Origin: Cirrosporium novae-zelandiae
Taxonomy: Eukaryota
Reading direction: 5' to 3'
Assembly (NCBI GenBank): GCA_026023565.1
Contig: JAPETS010000064.1
Coordinates: forward strand, 1-64,000
DNA: 64,000 bases
Below the pieces are notes generated by a model. It was not told the origin of the DNA. It did not search any database and worked only from the letters and a program-made list of their open reading frames with translations. The translations under genes were made by a program, and so were the position numbers. Every line of letters begins with the position of its first letter. Position 1 is the stretch's first letter. Positions 51,114-64,000 of this stretch are shown here, one piece after another.

Positions 51114-53580
51114 TTATAATACCTTCTTTCCTTGAATTGTTGGTCGATCTTGCACTAACACCTTAGTTAAAAAAGGAGGTAGGCGACGAACTCGTAAATG
51201 CAAATCATATTTGTGTACAATTGCGATATGGTTGAGGAGAGCAACGACATTCTCAAAAGGTTCGAGCTGTTTACAACAAGAGCAGGGACATGGAGCACAG
51301 TCCTCATGAGAAAGAGGCTGGAGATGTAGGTTCACCAAATGGCGCCTAAGTGAGTCTATACGTTGTTTTTTGGGGGGGTGCAAGCCACCGAGGCTCTTCT
51401 CGCTATAGCAGAAAATGCATCGATCCATAGGAACTTCGAGGGTATCAGGATTTGGCGTTTCATTGCTTGCATTCTCGTCGATATTGGTCCAATCGAACTT
51501 TTTAACTCGACTACAAGGTTCTCGCAGTTGACAAAAGCGGACTAGATTTTGAATAGTCTTGATTCTCTGCATCAGGTCCTGGTTGCCAGTCATGGACTCG
51601 GCCTGGGACCCAAAAAAAGCGTCTTCAATTTGAGCTTGTTCGGGAAACAGGTACTGAGGGACCGGAGGTTTCCATGGATCATCCTCATAATCTGAGACAT
51701 CCTCATTGGAAGCCAGTTCAAGCATTTGATCAATTTGCTTATCAATTTCAATGACCGGCATGGTTTGATAGTAATCTTTCTTTGCTTTGGCCTCTTCTTC
51801 TCGGTGGTATGCATTTCTCACTTTTTTGATCTCTTTGTCTATTTCAGCATGACGACGGTATTGGTCAGTGTCCGTTGCATTCCGTACGAAATTCCGCATT
51901 GATCTCATCTCTTTAAAGAGTTTCTGTTTTTCCTTATGGAGTTGGGCGAGATAAGGTTTCTGTGTAATAGCCTTGCGCTGTTCTTCCGAAAGGCCCTTTG
52001 GTGCTAACGGATCCCGATTCCTATTCATCTGGGCGACAGCCCGGTACAAGGAATCTTGGGTAGGCCGTAGAAGGACAACACTCTGCACATCACGGCTGAT
52101 AAAGTGATCCTGGTAGTGCTTCTCGAAAATCTTAGTTCCCGATTGACCCAAAATTCGGTTTCGTTCTTGGTCCGTGAAAGCCCCTACGTCATAATAGAAA
52201 TTAATACCAAATCATACGATATAATAAACAAAAATTACACAATGACAAAATGACTTACGATTGGCTTCATTCGCCACCCAACGCCGAAAATTATAGTGAT
52301 GAATAGGATACTCGTAGCCAGCATCGACCCCTAACTGTTTGATTGCTGAATTGCTAGTGTTATATTTCATTGGTTGAATTGGGTGGACATCAATACCATA
52401 GGGCGTCTTATCGATGTGTCGCAAAAGGGGAACATTCCGCATCTCATCTTTCCACGGAATGGGCAAAGAATGTAACCGTTTCGGAACCTTTAGTCGTAGT
52501 ATCACTTCTGGTGTCATACGGCGATTTTGAAATGCATGATCGGCATGTGCAAGCGAAAGGAGAAACATGATAGGACAATACACTAGCTGATAATCTTGAT
52601 GCATCAAAAATTTGGTCCTGGGCACTCGGAATATGAGCATGGAATTCAGCGCAAAAGCTCTAGGGGGAAGGCAAAACTGACCCATCTGCGCCTTGTTCTG
52701 AACCTTTTAGGTTTCTGAAATCAATTAATGCAGCGACAATATCACGACCCCCAGACGGATTTCGAATAACAAAAAGTTCGATATCCCGGTAACAAATCGT
52801 GTGAGGCAACTGGTCCAGCCGAATGAAGTCAGGCATGCGGCTATTTAGAGATGTTCTTGGTGTGGGCTCCGTGGAAGGGAGCAACACACCCGGCCGTGTT
52901 CCTGTAAACGCGGAAAAAAGCATGATCAAAGTAATTTGAATCAAATGTCGCCCATTCGGGATGGGTTTCCCATATACCCAGAGTTGATGTAAAAGAATGC
53001 CGAGGTCTTCAGAACTCAAAATGTCTTTCCGCCTTTTGCGGACGCTCACATGATGTTCAGCTCGCAAGCCTTGATTAATGTACTACCAGAACTGTTCAGC
53101 AAGGAAATTCAATCAGAAATAAAAATGAAAATAAGGGACGACAAACCCGTCTTACTTGCACACGGACATCTTCATGCATCCGACGATGAGCAAAAAGAGA
53201 GTAGTATTCACATAATCGTCTCCAGTACATATCAAGCGTTTCTTTCCCTTTCCGCTTCGATGTACGAGCTATCCAGTCCAGGAAATTCATATAGACAGTC
53301 GCTTCCTCTTTCATCAAATATTCGATGTCATCTACCTGCAAATGATTGCAATGCCTAATAGATAATGTTAAATGTGTATCGGGGATCAAGAACCAAACAG
53401 CCTTACTTACTTTTGCCAGTACTTCTCTACAACTTTGATGCCTTTGATAGTAGATTCCTTGTAAGTTGGAGGTAGCCATCCTTTCTGTTTGAACTTCTCT
53501 AGCATCGAATATGTTTCCTCACGGGATATAGGGTCGGTCCAATGCCGACTGCCAGGTGTGCACGAAGCCAGCACAGTCAT
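51114..53580 (-). CDS. DUF3435 tyrosine recombinase (Starship captain), about 5 exons
   Basis: Start MTVLASCTPG at 53580, intron 53410-53355. YR-type motifs FTGTRPG (R), NLKG (K), CPI..LL.LA.AD.AF, YNFRR, RNRILGQ, FEKHY (Y), RDPLAP; C-terminal CIFC..LRRH..H and CPC..C..H..H fingers. Confidence 0.92.
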
Positions 53581-54036
53581 GGAGAATCAAACAAATGTGT
53601 TTTCACAAGACAGAGATGCGGAAAATAGTAAATGAGCATTAGAAATGCTCCGGAAATATAGATCGACGAAAAGTGTATTCGAGTTTGCCAAACAAGATAT
53701 GAGATAAAAAAGTAAGATTTTATTATTATCAAAAGAAAACAAGAAATTTAGTATTAAAAGACTAATACGAGAGAATACCATGGCCAAAATGAGAAATAAT
53801 ATAAAGCGTGGTTGGTGAATTAATGGAGCTAAGGTTGAAAAATGAAGGGTCTACCTTTTCGTGAGGGTATTCCGTTTCAAACATGCCATGTAAGAAAGTT
53901 ACCAGGGATATACCAAGGAATTAAAGCGGCGATAAGTCAAGTTAAAAGGGTATTGGTATGTGTGGGAAAGCCTTAAAAAACGGCGGCACAACCATCCATT
54001 TTCGAAGGTTAATTCACAAACACATAGATTCATATC

Positions 54037-55026
54037 GTAAATTATCGGGTATATCGATATTTATATTTTATTAAATAATAATTTTCGGTTTTTTATTTTT
54101 TATATATTATAAACTGGAGTTTTATTTTAATTAAAATAATATTTTTTTTAATATAAATCCGGTTTATATCCGTTTTTAATAATATTTTTCCGACGTTATT
54201 TATACGATTATCGTATTTCGGAATAATAAAAGAAATTTCATATTTTTATTTAATATAAAATTTTGAATAAATATATATTTATTATTATATTATTTATTTT
54301 TATTATAATTTTTAAAATTTTTTATTTATATTTAAATAATAATATATTTGTATTAATTTTTTTATTAAATATAATTTTTAAATTTTTTTTTTTTTAATAT
54401 AAATTTTTTATATACGTAATTTAATATTAATCGCCGTTATTGTTAATATTATAAAACCCGAATATTTAATTTTTTTTTTATTAAAAATTAATATTTTTTA
54501 ATTTTTAAATTTTATAATCCTGTTTACCGAACGAGTATATTTTTATTTTCGGTATTTAATTATTTATTATTTTATTATTTTTATATAAATATTCTCCGTA
54601 ATTTTCGGCGTCGGTTTTATAAAAATTTATTTCGGAATTTTTGGTATTAATAATAAGGTTTCTCATTTAATTATATTTATTATTTATTAAAAAATTTTGT
54701 ATATTTTTTTTTCATTTATATTATTATTATAATTTTTTTTAATTTTTTTTTAAATTTTTATAATTTTGTCGTTTCGTTTTTTTAAAATAAAGATTATAAT
54801 ATTTAATCGTTTATTTTTATTATAAAATTTTATTTCGGTTCGTTTAATTTATTTTTTAGGCGCTGTCGCTTTTTCGTACCCGTCTGGTTCTCGCTGACGG
54901 CACGCACGTTTATAGCCCCCGATTCTTTCCGGCTATTATTGAGCTTTATAGGTCCTAGATAGGTGTTAAATATTTAGTATAATGGTCGTCACAGTGGTGA
55001 ATTGATTTGGTGGCCTAGGGTCACCA
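54037..55026 (-). mobile_element. RIPed repeat family copy A, truncated at the Starship junction
   Basis: GC-richer terminus GGTGACCCTAGGCCACCAAATCAATTCAC shared with copies B and C; aligns to copy B up to TTAC at 54037. Confidence 0.8.
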
Positions 55027-56627
55027 AAAGTCCTTTTTACCTTTTTTTTTATTTCTCTATTTATCTATTTAAAAACAAGAAGCTATAGATAATCTACGTT
55101 TCGTATATATATTGTGAAAGAGTTACCAGCTTTTGGCTGTTTAAAGCACCGAATAAGGGCAAACCTTTATTCGGAAAACTCTAGGTAAACAAGAACAGGG
55201 GACAATATATCGGAATCTCGGAATTAGTTCTTTATCTATTTCCGTATTAATCCTGGATCTAGAATACAATTATCTATTTATATAAATAATTATATATTTC
55301 AATAAATATATATAAATAATAGATTTTTTTATTTTTTTTATTTTTTAATCTTATTTAATTGATTTATTTATTTAGATCTTATATACGATACCGTTCATAT
55401 AACTGCCCCAGGCCCCTTATATTCTATACCCACAGCTCTATCTAAATACTCAATCCTAGCACTGTTTCACAATATAATAAGAGAATATTATTTATTGTAT
55501 AAAAATAAATAGATTTTTTCGATCCGATATAATTAACTATAATATTCCAAAATTAAATATTCTATAATCGTATATAATTTTGATTAAATTAATTATACTC
55601 GTCTCTATTATATAAAAAATATATTTAAATATTTTAGACTATCGATCCACGATAATTAATATATTATTATAAATTTTTTTTTATATTTCGTAAATAATAA
55701 TCTAATAATAAAATTTATATTTGTTGTAAATAATAGTCTAGGAGGTCCACTTAATAATAGAGGGGCTATATATATACCGCATACATGTCTTAGATGCCCA
55801 GCTTAAGCCTAAAACTGATTTACTAATAAGTTAATAAATCTATATTATAAAAAAAAATATCTATATTTAATAATTTTTAATAAAAATATATAATTATTTA
55901 ATACGCACCCTTTTTTTCCCCGGATTATCTAATAGAACTAATATTTTAAAATAAATTATAAAGCCCGATTAATATTAAAATATAAATATTATAATTAAAA
56001 CGTAAAACGTATTTATTACGTAAATTATACGTATTAAATACGGATATATTACGTAATAACAATTTATTATAATTTTTAAAACGTTTATATAATCGGAAAT
56101 AATAGACATTTATATAAAATTAGATTTATAATTACTTTTTATATATAAAATATTTGAAATATAATTATATTCCGGGAATTATTTCTTTAAAACGTTTATA
56201 TAATATAAATCGATAATTTTCGATATTTATTAATCGATTTTTTTTTTATTTTACAATAATTAATTTTTTAATTAATTTTTTAAACGATATTAATAAATTA
56301 ATTATATAATTAGAATATATATAAATCGTTAACGATCCGTATTTTATAATAAATAATATTTAAGTTATACGTAAATTAATCGAAATCTTTATGTATAATA
56401 ATTATAATCAATAATTTAAATTAATTAAATATTATATTGAAACGAAAAAATTGTATTAAATAGTATTATTTATAATAAATATAATTTTAAAATTATATAA
56501 AAAAAATAATATAATAATATAATTGATATTAAAAAAATATATAAATAATATAAATTAAAAACGAATAATAAAATACGTTTTTATTAAAAAATTATAAAAA
56601 AATTTTAAAGTAAAGAAAAAAGTCTTG

Positions 56628-58750
56628 TGGGGACCCCGGGCCACCAAAGCAATTCATTATTATGACGATCGTCATATGAAATATTTAATATTTACTTAAG
56701 GCCTATAAAACCCAGCAGCAGCGGGGAAAATTATAAATTATAAAGATTTATACCGTCAGCGAAAATCAGACGGATACGAAAGGGCGACAGCGTCTAAGAA
56801 ACGAATCAAACGAACCGGAATAAAATTTTATAATAAAATCAAACGATTTAATACTATAATTTTTATTTTAAAAAAAAATCAAATAAAAAAATATTATTAA
56901 AATATTTTACGAAAAAATAAATTAATATTCGGGATATTTTAATTAAATAAAGGATTAAATATATTAAATTTTGAAAACCGACGATTTTATAATATAATTA
57001 CGGAAAATACTTTTCGTTTTTAAAACCCGAATAATTATTTTAAAAAAACGAAACGACAAAATTATAAAAATATAAAATAATTAAAAAAAATTATATATTA
57101 TTAAATATAAATTTCTAATAATTAAAAAAAAATTATAATAACGATTTAAATATTATAAATCCGGATAAAAATCGTAAAAACCGTTTATAATAGAATAAAA
57201 AATTCTATAAATAAATATTATATAATCCCGATTATTAAATTCGAACAAATAATAAAAAAAAATATATAATATTTTTTTTAATAATATTCTAAACGGGAAT
57301 AATAATCGGATCGTAAATATCGAATACGCGGATAATAGTATAAACGAATAAAAAATTCTATCGTTAATACCGAAAATTCCGAAATAAATTTTTATAAAAC
57401 TGATATTAAAATTTATTAAGATTATTTATATAAAAATAATCAATAAAATAAAAAATAATAAATAATTAAATCCCGAAAATAAAAACGTATTCGTTCCGTA
57501 AATAGAGATATAAAATCTAAAAATTAAAAAATATTGATGTTTAATAAAAAAAAACCGAATATTTAGATTTTATAATATTAATAATAACGGCGATTAATAA
57601 TAAATTAATTAATTTAAATATATTATTTGAATTACGGATACAGGAAATTTATATTAATAAAAAAAATGATTTAAAAATTATAATAAAAATAAATAATATA
57701 ATAATAAATATATATTTCTTAAAAATTTTATATTAAATAAAAATATAAATAATATTTCTAAAAATATTTAAAAATTTAAATAAATTAAATTTAATAAAAA
57801 AAAAATTTAAAAAAAAAATATTTATTATACCGAAATACAATAATCGTATAAATAGCGCCAAAAAAAATACAGTTAAAAATAAAATTCCCGTTTATAATAT
57901 ATAAAAAATAAAGAATTATTATTTAATAAAATATAAATTTAAATGTATTTAATAATTTATATTAAAAATAAATAAAACGTATTTAAAATATATTTAATTA
58001 AAATATAAAAATAGATTTTTTAAATATACGATATATACGGAAATATACGAAACGTAAAATTACTAATATCGGATAATAAAATATAGATCTGCGCGTACGG
58101 GGGTTTATATATATATTCTATTAAAATATATAAATTATTTAGATTTTTATATAATTATTAACAGACAATATTTAACGATCCAAAAAATAAAAATAGAATA
58201 TACGAAAAAAAAATATCGAAAAAACGTTATATAATTATTTTATATATTTATATTTTTTTAAAAAAAAAATCTATAAAATTTTAATTAAAAATCAAAAACC
58301 CCCGAACTAATTTAAAAAAAAACAAAAAAAAAATATAAATGATATCTGAAATATTAATTATATCGAAAATATTAATAATATTTATATCGTAAATAAATAA
58401 TGATATATCTGAATTATAAATAAAAATATTATAATATAATTATTATAAAAAATACGATACAACGATTACAAATTTAGAATTAGTTATATAGATTAAAACG
58501 AATATAATATTATTATAAAAATTTAATCAAAAATTAAAAAAAAAATATTATATTTAATATAGGATTTTTATTGGCCCGAATTAGGAATTTAAAAGAGAAA
58601 TAAAATCGTAAAAACGGTCACTGCTATACGTAAAAATCGATTTAATTAATTATTTTTAATAAAAATAAAATAATATTAATAACAAATTTTAACATTTATA
58701 ATTTAATATGAAAATCCGAACGAATTATTTATATAAATAATATATTTTTA
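56628..58750 (+). mobile_element. RIPed repeat family copy B (possibly LINE 5' region)
   Basis: Starts TGGGGACCCCGGGCCACCAAA; ~190-bp head is the reverse complement of 54835-55026 and 62653-62842; internal segments match copies A and C. Confidence 0.75.
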
Positions 58751-58755
58751 ATAAC

Positions 58756-58920
58756 TGTTACGGATGCCAAGCCACATACATGTGACCCTAGGTCATATGA
58801 CCCACTGTATATAGATCCTCACCTTGTATCTTAGACCTAGCCTTCACAGCTATCGAATACTATATTAATTATATACCTAGATTAAGTTTTATAGAACCCT
58901 ATATTATAAACGTCGTAATA
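58756..58920. mobile_element. Partly RIPed LTR related to the 47964 solo LTR
   Basis: TGTTACGGATGCCAAGCCACATACA start; ends GTCGTAATA (CGTAACA with C>T). Confidence 0.7.
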
Positions 58921-60977
58921 AATAATTATATAATTTACGAAATAATATTCTATTTATTACTGCAGTATTTTCTGATAAATATTATTTTTTGGATTTTACG
59001 TTTATTAATATTTTGTTAAAAAATTTAAATTTTATAATTCTAGATTTTTTAAATATTCTGTTTATAAAGATTTTCGTTTTTTTTTTATTAATGACGTAAT
59101 ATTAATTTTCGATTTATATAATTAATCTGAATTTTTTAATTAAATAATTTTAAATTTATTTTTATTAGTATTTTCCTACTAAAAATCAGATTTTTTGAAT
59201 AATTCGTAAAAACTATTAATTCATTTATCCTGTTTATTTTATAATAGTTTTATTAATCTCTATTTTATTAATATTTTATTAATAAAAATAAAAAATTTCG
59301 AATAATTTACGAAAAACGTATATCTGATTAATGAATTTTTTCTATCAAATTTAATCTTTTTTTATTAAATTAATATAATATTATAATCTAAATTCTATAT
59401 TTTATTTTTTAGAATTCTTTATTTTTTTATTTATTTTTTATTTTATTTATTTTTAGGCATTCGAATCTCAAATTTCTTAATATTTTATTAATTAGTTTGA
59501 GAGTTTTTCCGTAAGTCTTCCCGCAAGCCTTTCTATCACCAAAATATTCAATATAAATCAGATTTTAGAGGACCTCCCTGCCTCCGATACCGAAAAAATA
59601 AAAGAAATATATATATAAATTTACAACAGAATTTTTTCGATTTTATTATAAAATTAATTAATCGGATAATTTTATAAATAATTAAAAAATTAAATTAAAT
59701 AAAAAATAATATAAATTAGCGTTTTATTATAATAAAAATTATATATTCTAGAAATTCTCGAGATTCTAGATTTATTTTATCCGAATATTAATTAATAGAA
59801 TTACTAAATTATAAAATGAAAAAAGAATTTATATTTTATTAATTAAATTTAATTGGTTTTTTTATATTTAAACGTATAATAAAACAAAAATCAATTTTAT
59901 TAATATATAAAAACGCGATTTTTGATTTTATTAAAATTATTATTATTATAAAATAATTTATTTCCTAATAATAAAAATTTACGGAAATATTAAAAATGAT
60001 TTTTTAAAAATCGTTAGAATAATCTAAAATATAATTTATCGATACGCCTGAAATAAATATATTTTATAAACTTTTTTATTAAACGGAATATTTGAATTTC
60101 TGATACCGAATTTAATATTAATAACGTTAATTAATTAAATAAAATATTTTTCGATTTTATTTTAAATTTTAATTTTCTGCAGCGGTATTATTAATCGAAT
60201 TTATTTTTTTATTAAAATTAAATTAAAATTCGGTTTCTGGATATAATTAAAAACGTTATAATTAATACGAATTATAACGTTATTTATTAATCAGAAGATA
60301 TTTTATAAAGAATTTTCGGTCGTTAAACGAATATTTTAATACGATATTACGATATTTTTATTTAATAAATTAAAATTATTTTTTAACGATTATATAGAAA
60401 AATTTAATTTAAAATTTTAAATAATACGTTTCCGTTTTTATTTCTATAATTACCGAAAGTGAATTTAATAAATAAATTAAATAAATACGGGAATTATTAT
60501 TTTTTAGATGTTGATTATTTTTTTATTCGTAGAACTTTTTTTCGTAAAATAATATTATGTTTAAAACGTTAATAAATAAACGTATTAAAATTAATTATTA
60601 ACGAAATTTATTAATTAAAAAATTTCGTATAATCGTAATAAAAATATTTTTTTTAAATTAAATTTTAAAATTTTTTTTAATAATTTAATCTGGCCCGACG
60701 TTAATAAAAATATATTTAAATTTAATTATAAAAATTATTTAAAATAATATTTTAATAATAAATATTTGAAAAATTATTACGTTTTCGTTTATAAAATAAA
60801 TTTTCGTTCGTACGTATATAAAGAAATTCTAATTTATATTATTAATATTTAATTTTTTTTTTTAAAATATATTATTATTCGAATTTTATTTTCCGAAAAT
60901 ATTTAACGTACGATATATTTTAATTTTAAAATTATTATATCGTTTATAAATCGTCATTTAATTAATAATCTCGATTT

Positions 60978-61230
60978 ATGATGATGATGATTATTCATTG
61001 TTTTATATCCATATATCGCTTAGAAGCTATGACGGACTCTACTCGGGGGTTTTTAGGCCCCTTTGTATCCCCTTTCGGGCTTACTTTTAACTAAGGTGGT
61101 GGGGGTTACCCCCCTGGTTCGGCTATATAGCTTCCCCCCTTTTTTGGGTTTCCTAGAATCACCTGACTTATCTAACCGGATAGTCTTTTAGCGCTATTTC
61201 GGTGTTCGTAGCCTATAAATAGGCCCACTT
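60978..61230 (-). mobile_element. LINE-like 3' end with (ATC)n tail
   Basis: ATGATGATGATTATTCATTG..TCCATAT..TGACGG resembles the tail region at 17672-17722. Confidence 0.6.
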
Positions 61231-61249
61231 ATTAAATTAATTATTAAAT

Positions 61250-62842
61250 AATAAATCGATTTTTTTTTAAGTTAAATATTTTAAACGGTATTATTTTATA
61301 TAATTAAATTCTATTTTTTTATAAACGTTATTAAAAACGCGCCGTTCATATAAATAATCTATTCGGGTTTTTTATATTAGATTATAAATATTAAAATTTT
61401 TTATTAATATTATTTTATTTTTATTTTATATTTTATAAAATTTTTTTAGATTTTTATTATCGGTTTTATTTTTAAAAATATATATTTTTTAATTTTTGAT
61501 CGTAAATATTAATTATTTTAATCGGGTTTTTTATTTTTTTATTTATATTTATTTTATTGATATTTAACGTTATAAAATAAAAATAATTAATTAAATCGGT
61601 TTTTACGATTATTTTAAATATAATATTTTTTCGATTTTTATATATAATAATAACCGTTTTTACGATTTTATTTTTTATTTAAATTTTTAATTCGGATTAA
61701 TAAAAATCTTACGCCGAATATAATATTTTTTTTTTTAATTTTTAATTAAATTTTTATAATAATATTATATCTATTCCGATTTATATAATCGATTTTAAAA
61801 TTATAATTATTATATCGTATTTTTTATAATAATTATATTATAATATTTTTATTTATAATTCGGATATATCGTTATTTATTTACGATATAGGTATTATCGA
61901 TATTTTTAATATTATCGATATTTTTAATATTATCGATATTTCGGATATTATATATTTTTTTTTTTTTTTTTTTTCTAGATTTCTAATACGGGGGTTTTTA
62001 ATTTTTAATTAAAATTTTATAGATTTTTTTTTTTTAAAAAAATTAATACGTAAAATAACTATATAATATTTTTTTAATATTTTTTTTTTATATATTCTAT
62101 TTTTATTTTTCGTGTTATTAGGTATTTTCCGTCCGTGATTATATAAAGGCCTAGATAGTTTGTATATTTTAACGGGATATATATAACCCCCGTTTATAGA
62201 ATTTTTTATTCCGTTTTACGTAGTTTCTATAATTTTTACCTGGATCTATAATATTTAGATTATTATTATAACTGTTTTTTTAATTATTAGAAATTTTTAT
62301 TTAATTATATATAATTCTTTTTAATTTATTTTCTAAATTTTTATAATTTTATTGTCTCGTTTTTCTAAAACGATTATTTAGATTTTTAAATCAAAAAATA
62401 TTTCCCGTAATTATATTATAAAATCGTCGGTTTTTAAAATCTAGTATATTTTCTCCCCGATTACGGGAAATATACGTATTATTATATATTTAATTATTTA
62501 TTCTATTAAAATATTCTGGTTATTAATCTATTTTTTTTTAAGATTTTTTTTTTTATAAAACTTTTCGACGACGTTTTTCCGGCTGATTATTTTTTTTCTA
62601 GAATAAGGATCATAGTACCGAATCGCTAGATTTTATTATAAGTTTTTACCCTGGTTCGTTCGATTCATTTTTTAGGCGCTGTCGCCCTTTCGTGTCCGTC
62701 TAGTTGTCGCTGACGGCACGTATTCTTTTAATCCCCGATTTTTCCCCGCTGCTGCTGGGCTCTATAGGCCTTAAATAAATATTAAATATTTCGTATAACG
62801 GTCGTCACAATAGTGAATTGATTTGGTGGCACGGGGTCACCA
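61250..62842 (-). mobile_element. RIPed repeat family copy C
   Basis: Head TGGTGACCCCGTGCCACCAAATCAATTCAC; 62161-62195 matches 58096-58132 in reverse complement. Confidence 0.72.
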
Positions 62843-64000
62843 AAAAAAAATTGCCAACTATTAAACCCGAATAAATATAATAACCATTATATATATATAT
62901 ATATATATTCGTATATATATTTAAATATTAATAATTATTAGTAATACCGTCAAATTAATTCTATTATTTTATTATATTTTAAATAATTTATTTATATAAT
63001 TTTTTTTCGAATAACGGTATCGTGAGAAATATACGCCCCGTCGTTATATCGTATTAGATTCGTATCGTTTATATTTAATTTATTTTTTAGAATTTTTTTT
63101 TGGAATTATTTATTTGGAAATAATTTCTAAATTTTATTTCTATATTAAGCGTCCCCGTTCTGCAAAAATATAAAATAATTAATAAACATATCTAATATAT
63201 TATTATTATAAAGTGATATTTTTCCGCGTATTTCTCGTATATATTTACGTACGGATTACGTAATTAATTATTTTATAAATTTTGAAATATTTATTTCTAT
63301 TTTTTTATTATATTTAAATATATCGTTTATATTATTTATAATTTTTATAATAAATTTAAATAAATTATTATTTATATTTTTTATTTTAATATTTTTAATA
63401 TTTTTAATATTTAATTTTTTAATTTTAATTTTTTTAAGTTTTCGGTTTTTTATTATAATTACGGTAATCATTTTTTTTTTTTATTTAATTATCGGTATTT
63501 TTTATATATTATTTATAATTTTTTTTTTGTTTTAATTTTTATTATAAAATTCAAAATAATTATTCGTTTTTTAATTTTTTAATATTATATTCCGGTTTTC
63601 GAAATAATTTATTTATTAAATTCAATTTTTTTTATAGAAAAATAATTTCGAAATTATAAATAATAAAATTTTTAATTTAATATATTTATCGTTTATTTAA
63701 TTTTTTTATTATTGTAAAATAATATAAATTTTTATGATTATTTAATATTTATATTATATATAACGTTTTTTTAAAATAATATTTTTATTTTTTAAAAATT
63801 TCTATAATTATTATTAATTCTATATTATAAATATTATAATTTAATTCCGCGGTAATTAATTTCTAATATTAGAATATATTCGGATATTATTTATTTCCTA
63901 TATTTCTTTTATATAAAATAAATAATTAAAATAAAATAATTATAATTATAAATGCCGAAAATTTTTTTTTAAATATATAATTATAGATTAAAATATCGTA

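Larger units (their letters stand above)
1..54036 (-). mobile_element. Starship giant transposon, captain-proximal part; distal end probably outside the window to the left
   Basis: DUF3435-type recombinase is the first gene ~460 bp inside the right edge and points inward. DUF3723, patatin and ferric reductase genes lie downstream. Abrupt switch to RIP-type AT-rich DNA at a TTAC (54040-54037, -). The remainder of the interrupted AT-rich repeat is not seen to the left, so the left coordinate is only the window edge. Confidence 0.85.
54037..64000. repeat. AT-rich RIP-degraded transposon field
   Basis: Abrupt drop to very low GC with TpA excess; surviving C/G largely in CpG; no credible ORFs; related repeat copies differ mostly by transitions. 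Confidence 0.93.

Noticed and set aside
53355..53479. Captain start at 53479 (MATSNLQG) from the ORF track
   Set aside because: That frame runs through a GTAAGT..TAG intron; ATG at 53580 in another frame splices in phase.
53950..54100. 5S rDNA or tRNA as Starship target site
   Set aside because: No recognisable 5S or tRNA sequence; the flank aligns to a RIPed repeat instead.
63268..63471. 67-aa Ile/Lys/Asn-rich ORF
   Set aside because: Compositional artefact of RIPed AT-rich DNA.

Overview
Intron-rich filamentous ascomycete DNA (Eurotiales-like; genus not determinable) in two compartments. Bases 1-54036 look like the captain-proximal part of a Starship giant transposon on the - strand. It carries a multi-exon DUF3435 tyrosine recombinase captain (51114-53580), typical Starship accessory genes (DUF3723, patatin-like phospholipase, ferric reductase, kinase-like) and cargo: AZF1-like C2H2 factor, FunK1 kinase, two PTH11-like membrane proteins around an O-methyltransferase, DUF221 channel, Myb-like, MADS-box and RING-variant proteins. 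It also holds two spliced chromodomain paralogs whose domain exons the ORF track misses, and a third chromo-like gene. Bases 54037-64000 are an extremely AT-rich RIP-degraded repeat field. The junction can be placed at a TTAC (54040-54037, -) because the interrupted repeat has an uninterrupted sister copy in the window; the far end seems to lie left of base 1. Notable non-coding signals are a 12-mer TTCACCAAGCAC repeated about ten times in one orientation, a ~115-bp element in three copies (two inverted around the chromodomain genes), a hAT-type MITE with a 38-bp palindrome, a truncated LINE with TSD and solo LTRs. All exon models and family calls are by eye, without database searches.
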